In this document: in pieces, positions 56,196-61,592 of the stretch
Layout of the letters: every line of letters starts with the position of its first letter
How positions within the stretch are numbered: the first letter of the stretch is position 1
NCBI GenBank assembly: GCA_964386625.1
Contig: CAYLTF010000005.1
Span: 1-61,592, forward strand
DNA from: an uncultured Akkermansia sp.
Lineage (GTDB): Bacteria; Verrucomicrobiota; Verrucomicrobiia; Limisphaerales; UBA9464
DNA length: 61,592 nt
Direction of reading: 5' to 3'
Notes under the pieces: model-generated
What the model saw: the letters and a program-made list of their open reading frames with translations, nothing else
The model's database searches: none
Told to the model about the DNA's origin: nothing
Position numbers and translations under genes: made by a program

Positions 56196-57383
56196 ATGTC
56201 CGTCGTCGAACGTGTCATCTCGGTCCATTACCGACATCAGCTCCATTTCACCGACCGCGTCTTCGCCCGGGGAAATCCGGTGCTGGCGTCGGTGCTGCTG
56301 GGCGACGGGGCCTCGGCAAGCGCCACCCGGGTGAAGGTGCTCCTCGTGCTGGAAGAGGCTCTCGCTGCGGCCCGGCCGGCGCTGGCCGAGCAGATCGAGG
56401 CCTATTTCGGCGCCGATTCCGGCCGGCTGCAGTTGGTCTGCCCCCCGGTGCGCGTGCACGGGGGAGAGTCGGTCAAGAACGACTGGTCGCGGGTGGTGGA
56501 AGTCCTGGAACTGGTGCACCGGCACCACATCGACCGGCACAACTACATCGTGGTCGTCGGAGGCGGGGCCTTGCTCGACATGGTGGGGCTCGCCGCAGCG
56601 ACGGCCCACCGGGGGGTCCGCCTGGTGCGCATCCCCACCACCACGCTGGCCCAGGACGATTCCGGGGTCGGGGTGAAGAATGGCGTCAACGCCTTCGGGA
56701 AGAAGAATTTCATCGGGACCTTCGCGCCGCCGTTCGCGGTGATCAACGACTTCGACCTCCTGGCGACCCTCCCGGATCGCGACAAACGGGCCGGGTATGT
56801 CGAGGCGGTCAAGGTGGCCTGCATCCGCGATGCGGAGTTTTTCGGGCGGCTCGAGGCCGATGCGCCGGCGCTCGCGGCCTTCGAGCCCGAGCCGATGAAA
56901 CACCTCATCCGGCGGAGCGCCGAACTGCACCTCAACCATATCGCCAACGGTGGCGATCCCTTCGAGATGGGCAGCGCCCGTCCGCTCGATTTCGGTCACT
57001 GGGCCGCCCACAAGCTCGAGCAGATGAGCGGATACCGGTTGCGCCATGGCGAGGCGGTCGCCATCGGTATCGCGCTGGATGTCCTCTACTCGGTGCGGCA
57101 GGGGCTCCTGGGGGCACCGGCTGCGGAACGCATTCTCGGACTGCTCGAAAGGTTGGGCTTCACCTTGTTCGATCCCGAACTCAAGACCGTCTCGCCGTCG
57201 GGGACCCTGGGCGTCCTGGAAGGGCTCGAGGAATTCCGCGAACACTTGGGTGGTGAACTCACCATCACTCTGCTCAACGACATCGGCCGCGGAGTGGAGG
57301 TCCATGCGATGGACCTGGGCCATGTCCGCCAGGCGCTCGAAGACCTCGAGGTCAGGCACCGGACCCGCCAGGCGCGGCTTTGA
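56196..57383 (+). CDS. 3-dehydroquinate synthase family protein (sugar-phosphate cyclase-like)
   Basis: 'VVVGGGALLDMVGLAAATAHRGVRLVRIPTTTLAQDDSGVGVKNGVNAFGKKNFIGTF' and 'RLRHGEAVAIGIALD' align by eye with the AroB/DHQS-family nucleotide- and metal-binding segments. Whether it is true AroB or a paralogue (EboD/EEVS-like) is unresolved. Confidence 0.7.
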   Translation: MSVVERVISVHYRHQLHFTDRVFARGNPVLASVLLGDGASASATRVKVLLVLEEALAAARPALAEQIEAYFGADSGRLQLVCPPVRVHGGESVKNDWSRVVEVLELVHRHHIDRHNYIVVVGGGALLDMVGLAAATAHRGVRLVRIPTTTLAQDDSGVGVKNGVNAFGKKNFIGTFAPPFAVINDFDLLATLPDRDKRAGYVEAVKVACIRDAEFFGRLEADAPALAAFEPEPMKHLIRRSAELHLNHIANGGDPFEMGSARPLDFGHWAAHKLEQMSGYRLRHGEAVAIGIALDVLYSVRQGLLGAPAAERILGLLERLGFTLFDPELKTVSPSGTLGVLEGLEEFREHLGGELTITLLNDIGRGVEVHAMDLGHVRQALEDLEVRHRTRQARL

Positions 57384-57498
57384 GTGTCGCCTTGGGCCTC
57401 CCCGGTGGATCACCGGGGCAGGGCCCTCGGCCGGTGCATGGAGGTGCTCCCATTCTCGCGGGTTTCCTTTTCGGCGGGGCGACCCTAGCCTCCGCCCC

Positions 57499-58209
57499 AT
57501 GAATCGATTGGCAGTGGTGACGGGTGGCGGCTCCGGAGTCGGTCGGGCGACGGTGCTCGCCCTGGTTTCGGCGGGATGGTCGGTGGTCGCCTTGGGGCGG
57601 CGGCGTTCCGCCCTGGAGGAGACCCGTTCGCTGGCCGGGGCGTTGGCCGGGCGCGTCACGGTGCTCGAATGCGACATCGCCCAGCAGGAGTCGGTGCGCG
57701 AGGTCGGTGCCCTCATCGAGAAAGACCACGGTCCTGTGGAGGTCTTGGTCAACGCCGCCGGCACCAACGCTCCGCAGCGCGCGCTCGAGGTGCTCTCCGA
57801 TGCCGACTATCGGGCCATGATGGATACCAACCTCAACGGGGCCTACCATTGTGTGCAGGCCTTCCTGCCCGGGATGCGCGCCCGGGGCTCGGGCACCATC
57901 GTCAACATCATCTCCGACGCCGGCAAACAGGCCTCGCCGAAGGCCGGCCCGGCCTACGTGATGTCGAAGTTCGGCCTGGCCGGCCTGACCCAGGCGATCA
58001 ACGCCGAGGAGCGGTCGCGTGGGGTGCGGGCCATCGGGATCTTCCCGGGCGACATCGACACTCCGTTGCTCAACCGCCGTCCGGTGGTGCCCGATGAAGC
58101 GGCCCGTGCCCGCATGATGCAGCCCGAGGACATCGCCGCGTGCGTCATGCTGGCGGTCCAATTGCCCTCGCGCGCGGTGATCGAAGAGCTGGTCATCCGC
58201 CCCCGCTGA
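57499..58209 (+). CDS. SDR-family oxidoreductase
   Basis: ATG at 57499, 236 aa. 'VVTGGGSGVGRA' (TGxxxGxG), 'NAAG', and catalytic 'YVMSKFG' (YxxxK). Confidence 0.85.
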   Translation: MNRLAVVTGGGSGVGRATVLALVSAGWSVVALGRRRSALEETRSLAGALAGRVTVLECDIAQQESVREVGALIEKDHGPVEVLVNAAGTNAPQRALEVLSDADYRAMMDTNLNGAYHCVQAFLPGMRARGSGTIVNIISDAGKQASPKAGPAYVMSKFGLAGLTQAINAEERSRGVRAIGIFPGDIDTPLLNRRPVVPDEAARARMMQPEDIAACVMLAVQLPSRAVIEELVIRPR

Positions 58210-58228
58210 TTCGGCGGGGCAGCGCGGG

Positions 58229-58903
58229 TCACGCTGGCGGACGTTCGCCGTCCGACGTCTCTTCGGCGTCGCTGTCGTCGCCTTCCTCCTGTTCGTCCTC
58301 CGACGCCTCGACGCTGGCCACCTCGGCTCCGATGAAGCGGAGGACTTCCAGTTTCCCGGCACCGGTCTCCGACGAGGTCTCGAACATGGGGGAAGCCGAG
58401 ATTCCCATTTCTTGGAAGAGCGCCTCGAATTGGCCGCGCGTTTCGCGGAGCACGGCCGGCTTGGTCTTGTCGACCTTGGTGAAGACCAGGGCGAAGTCGA
58501 TGTCGGCCCCGATGAGCCACTGCACGAAGTCCCGGTCCAGCTTCTGCATCGGCAGGCGCGAGTCGATGAGCACGAAGACGCGGATGAGCGATTCGCGCTC
58601 TTCGAGGTACTCGATGATCATCGCCTCGAAGCGTTCCCGGTCGGCGAGGTTCTTCTGGGCGAAGCCGTATCCGGGAAGATCCACCAGGTGCCAGTCTTTG
58701 TTGATGAGGTAGAAATTCAGCGTCTTGGTATGCCCCGGGGTCGCTGACACCTTGGCCAAGCCGGTCTGGCCGGTGAGGCGGTTGATGAGCGACGACTTGC
58801 CCACGTTGGACCGCCCGATGAAGGCGAACTCCGGGACGATGGGGTCCGGGCAGCCGTCGAGGTCGGTGGCGCTGGTCACGAATTGGGCGGAACGGATTTG
58901 CAT
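58229..58903 (-). CDS. engB: Ribosome biogenesis GTP-binding protein YihA/EngB
   Basis: ATG at 58903. G1 'GRSNVGKSSLIN', G3 'DLPGYG', G4 'TKVDK', and an acidic C-terminal tail. Confidence 0.85.
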   Translation of the reverse strand: MQIRSAQFVTSATDLDGCPDPIVPEFAFIGRSNVGKSSLINRLTGQTGLAKVSATPGHTKTLNFYLINKDWHLVDLPGYGFAQKNLADRERFEAMIIEYLEERESLIRVFVLIDSRLPMQKLDRDFVQWLIGADIDFALVFTKVDKTKPAVLRETRGQFEALFQEMGISASPMFETSSETGAGKLEVLRFIGAEVASVEASEDEQEEGDDSDAEETSDGERPPA

Positions 58904-59036
58904 GCGGTGTGTTCTCGGGCGGCCTGTTGTCAGGCGGACAAAGCCTACCAGGATCTCCCGGTGCATTGAAATCCTGCGATGCGAAATCCCGCGCGCGGGC
59001 GCTCGCCTCTTCGGCCTTTCCGTCTAGGTTGGCCGG

Positions 59037-61589
59037 GTGATCCGGCACTTGTTTCATGGGTGGACCTGGCGGATGGCCTGGCGCGAGTCGCGCACCTCCC
59101 GGGTGCGCCTGGCTTGGTTCTCCCTGTCGATCTCGCTGGGAGTGGCGGCACTGGCGGCGGTGGGTTCGTTGTCGGCGACCCTGCGGGAGGCCGTCGATGC
59201 CCAGGCCAAGACCCTGTTGGGCGCCGATCTGGTGCTCGCCTCGCGACAGCCCTTCACGCCCGCCGCCGAGGCGTTGGCGCGCTCGCTGCCGGCCCTCGAG
59301 ACCGCCCGCGAGACGAGTTTCTCGACGATGGCGGTGTTCCCGGGGCGGACCAACGCCACCCGGCTGGTCAATGCCCGTGCGTTGGACGGCGGGTTTCCGT
59401 TCTACGGGCGGCTCGAGTGCGATCCTCCTTCGGCCGTGGAGGCGCTGCGTCGGGGCGAGGGGGTGATCCTCGATGCCACGGTGCTGCATCAATTCGGCCT
59501 GAAGGAGGGCGACCCGGTGCAGTTGGGTCGGTGGAAGACCCGGATCCTGGGATCGTTGGTGCGGGTGCCGGGCGACACGGTGGCTTTTTCGACGCTGGCG
59601 CCCCGGGCTTATTTGCCGGCCTCGCGGTTGCCCGAGACCGGCTTGTTGGGCACCGCCAGCCTCGCGCGGTACCGGGTGATGTTCCGCTGGCCCGATGCCG
59701 GCGCGGTCGAGCAATGGTCGGCCGCCCATCGCGCCGAGTTGCAGGACCTGAGGCTCGAGTCGGACACGGTGGACAAGCGCAAGGAAGACCTGGGACGAAC
59801 CCTCCAGAACCTGAACCGATTCCTGAACCTCGTGGCGGCCGTGGCCTTGATCCTGGGTTCCATCGGCATCGCCAGCGCCCTGCAAGTGCATGTGGGGTCG
59901 AAGCTGCCGAATGCCGCCATCCTGCGGTGCCTCGGGGCCGGGATCGCGAAGACCTCGGCCATCTACCTGGCGCAGGGGTTGGCGCTGACCGCCCTTGGGA
60001 CCGTGGTCGGCCTGGCCCTCGGCGGGCTGTTGCAGCCGTGGATCCCCCGATTGCTCCAGGGCTGGATTCCGGTGGCCCTCGAGGCCCGGTTCGAGTTGTT
60101 GCCGGCTGCCGTGGCCGCCTTGGCGGGATTCTCGGTGAGCCTGGCCTTCACCTTGTTGCCGCTGGGCGTCGTCCGGTCGGTGTCGCCCTTGAGCGTGATC
60201 CGTGCCGACCATACCCGAGGGGAGGTCGCTGACCGTCGATGGCGGGTCGGGATCGGCCTGGCCATCCTGGCGGGATTGACCTTGTTCGCCGTGGTGCAGG
60301 CCCGACGACCTCGTGAAGGATTGGCCACGGTGGGCGGATTGCTGGCGGCCTTCGCCGCCCTCGCCGGAGTGGCCCGGGCGTTGACCTGGGCCGCCCGGAG
60401 GTGGACGCCTGCAGCCTGGCCCTTCGCCGTCCGCCAGGGACTGGCCAGCCTGCATCGCCCGGGCAATCGCACCCTGCTGGTGCTGACCTCGGTGGGCCTG
60501 GGGACCTTCCTGCTGGTGACCTTGCAACTGACCCGCGATGTGCTCCTCACGCAGTTGTTCCCGGCCGACCGGCTTCAGCAGCCCAACGCCATCCTCTTCG
60601 ACATCCAGCCCGATCAACGCGAGGACGTGATCGCGACGGTCCGGGCCGAGGGGTTCCCGGTCCTCGACATGGCCCCGATCGTCACCATGCGCATCGCCTC
60701 GCTCAAGGGGCGCAGTGCCGAGAGCCTGCTGTCGGAGTCCAACAGTCCCATCCCCGGCTGGACCCTGCGTCGGGAATACCGCTCCACCTTTCGCGGCTCG
60801 CTGGTGGGTTCCGAGCGCCTGGTGGCCGGGCGGTTCGTGCCCCGGGCCAGCGAGTCGGAGGGGCCGGTGCCCATCACGCTCGAGTCGGGCATCGCCCGTG
60901 ACCTGGGCCTGGGCGTCGGCGACGCGGTGACCTTCGACATCCAGGGCGTGCCCCTGGAGACCCGGGTGGTGGGGATCCGCGAGGTCGACTGGAAACAGGT
61001 GCGACCCAACTTCTTCGTGGTGTTCCCCGAGGGCGTCCTCGAATCGGCTCCGGCGATGACCGTGCTGGCGACCCGGGTCCCGGATGCCGCCGCCTCGGCC
61101 CGGCTCCAGAGCGCGCTGGTGGCCCGGTTCCCCAACGTGTCGGCCATCGACCTCATGCTGGTCTTGGAGACCCTCGACCGGGTGGTCACCCAGGCGGCCC
61201 ACGGCATCCGCTTCATGGCCCTCTTCACCGTGGTGACCGGCCTGGTGGTGATGGCTGGCGCGATCCTCACCGGCCGCTGGCAACGGGTCCGCGAGATGGT
61301 GCTGTTGCGGACCTTGGGCGCCAGCCGGAGCCAACTGCGCCAGGCGCTCCTGGCCGAGTATGCCGCTCTCGGCGTGATGGGAGCCCTGACCGGCACGGTG
61401 CTGGCCTGCGCCGCGGCGTGGGCTCTGGCCCGCTTCGCCTTCCGCGCCCCGTTCGCGGCCTCTCCATGGGTCTTGCTCGCCGCGGTGGCCACCGTCACCG
61501 CCATGACCGTCGTGGTCGGACTCCTCTCCAGTCGCGGCCTCACCCGTCAATCACCCCTGGAAATCCTCCGCGACGAAGCGGTCGTGTGA
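59037..61589 (+). CDS. ABC transporter permease with two FtsX-type domains (YbbP-like)
   Basis: 850 aa with a GTG start. Two repeated 4-TM FtsX-like modules are each preceded by a large periplasmic loop. The N-terminal 'WRMAWRESRTSRVRLAWFSLSISLGVAALAAVGSL' is typical of YbbP-type permeases. No ATPase partner lies inside the window. Confidence 0.75.
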   Translation: MIRHLFHGWTWRMAWRESRTSRVRLAWFSLSISLGVAALAAVGSLSATLREAVDAQAKTLLGADLVLASRQPFTPAAEALARSLPALETARETSFSTMAVFPGRTNATRLVNARALDGGFPFYGRLECDPPSAVEALRRGEGVILDATVLHQFGLKEGDPVQLGRWKTRILGSLVRVPGDTVAFSTLAPRAYLPASRLPETGLLGTASLARYRVMFRWPDAGAVEQWSAAHRAELQDLRLESDTVDKRKEDLGRTLQNLNRFLNLVAAVALILGSIGIASALQVHVGSKLPNAAILRCLGAGIAKTSAIYLAQGLALTALGTVVGLALGGLLQPWIPRLLQGWIPVALEARFELLPAAVAALAGFSVSLAFTLLPLGVVRSVSPLSVIRADHTRGEVADRRWRVGIGLAILAGLTLFAVVQARRPREGLATVGGLLAAFAALAGVARALTWAARRWTPAAWPFAVRQGLASLHRPGNRTLLVLTSVGLGTFLLVTLQLTRDVLLTQLFPADRLQQPNAILFDIQPDQREDVIATVRAEGFPVLDMAPIVTMRIASLKGRSAESLLSESNSPIPGWTLRREYRSTFRGSLVGSERLVAGRFVPRASESEGPVPITLESGIARDLGLGVGDAVTFDIQGVPLETRVVGIREVDWKQVRPNFFVVFPEGVLESAPAMTVLATRVPDAAASARLQSALVARFPNVSAIDLMLVLETLDRVVTQAAHGIRFMALFTVVTGLVVMAGAILTGRWQRVREMVLLRTLGASRSQLRQALLAEYAALGVMGALTGTVLACAAAWALARFAFRAPFAASPWVLLAAVATVTAMTVVVGLLSSRGLTRQSPLEILRDEAVV

Positions 61590-61592
61590 GGG

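Noticed and set aside
57954-61550. 1,198-aa minus-strand ORF antisense to the YbbP-type permease, SDR and engB region.
   Set aside because: The translation is compositionally aberrant (G/R/P/H/Q-rich). It overlaps three independently supported genes on both strands.

Overview
This is a GC-rich bacterial chromosomal window. Gene content (ThuA-like, lamin-tail-domain and TAT-signal TIM-barrel proteins, many prepilin-type proteins) suggests the PVC superphylum, possibly Verrucomicrobiota; that placement is inference only. Most of the window is housekeeping: grpE-dnaJ-rsmE, argC, rplM-rpsI, tadA, dacB, tRNA-Asn, ilvB, hisS, an rpoD-family sigma factor and engB. Envelope and transport genes are mixed in: a ClC channel, an OppD/OppF-type ATPase pair, an MMPL/HpnN-like exporter and a YbbP-type permease. 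The outstanding feature is a ~19.5-kb minus-strand operon at 24134-43627. It encodes T2SS-type pseudopilins (GspG/H/I/J/K-like), a PilM-PilN-type fusion, a GspM/PilO- plus GspC/PilP-like fusion, a giant secretin and a translationally coupled lipoprotein. The secretin is one uninterrupted 11.9-kb ORF (3,959 aa). It carries an N0 domain, about 43 tandem secretin-N domains by my manual count, and one canonical C-terminal secretin barrel. No secretion ATPase, platform protein or prepilin peptidase lies in the window. Other points worth a second look are a Val-rich leader ORF plus intrinsic terminator upstream of ilvB, an orphan flhA divergent from a sigma-54 activator, a secreted protein with a C-terminal EF-hand pair, and a solitary EboE-like gene. 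No CRISPR array, transposase or integrase was seen. The many long ORFs antisense to real genes are treated as GC-driven artefacts.
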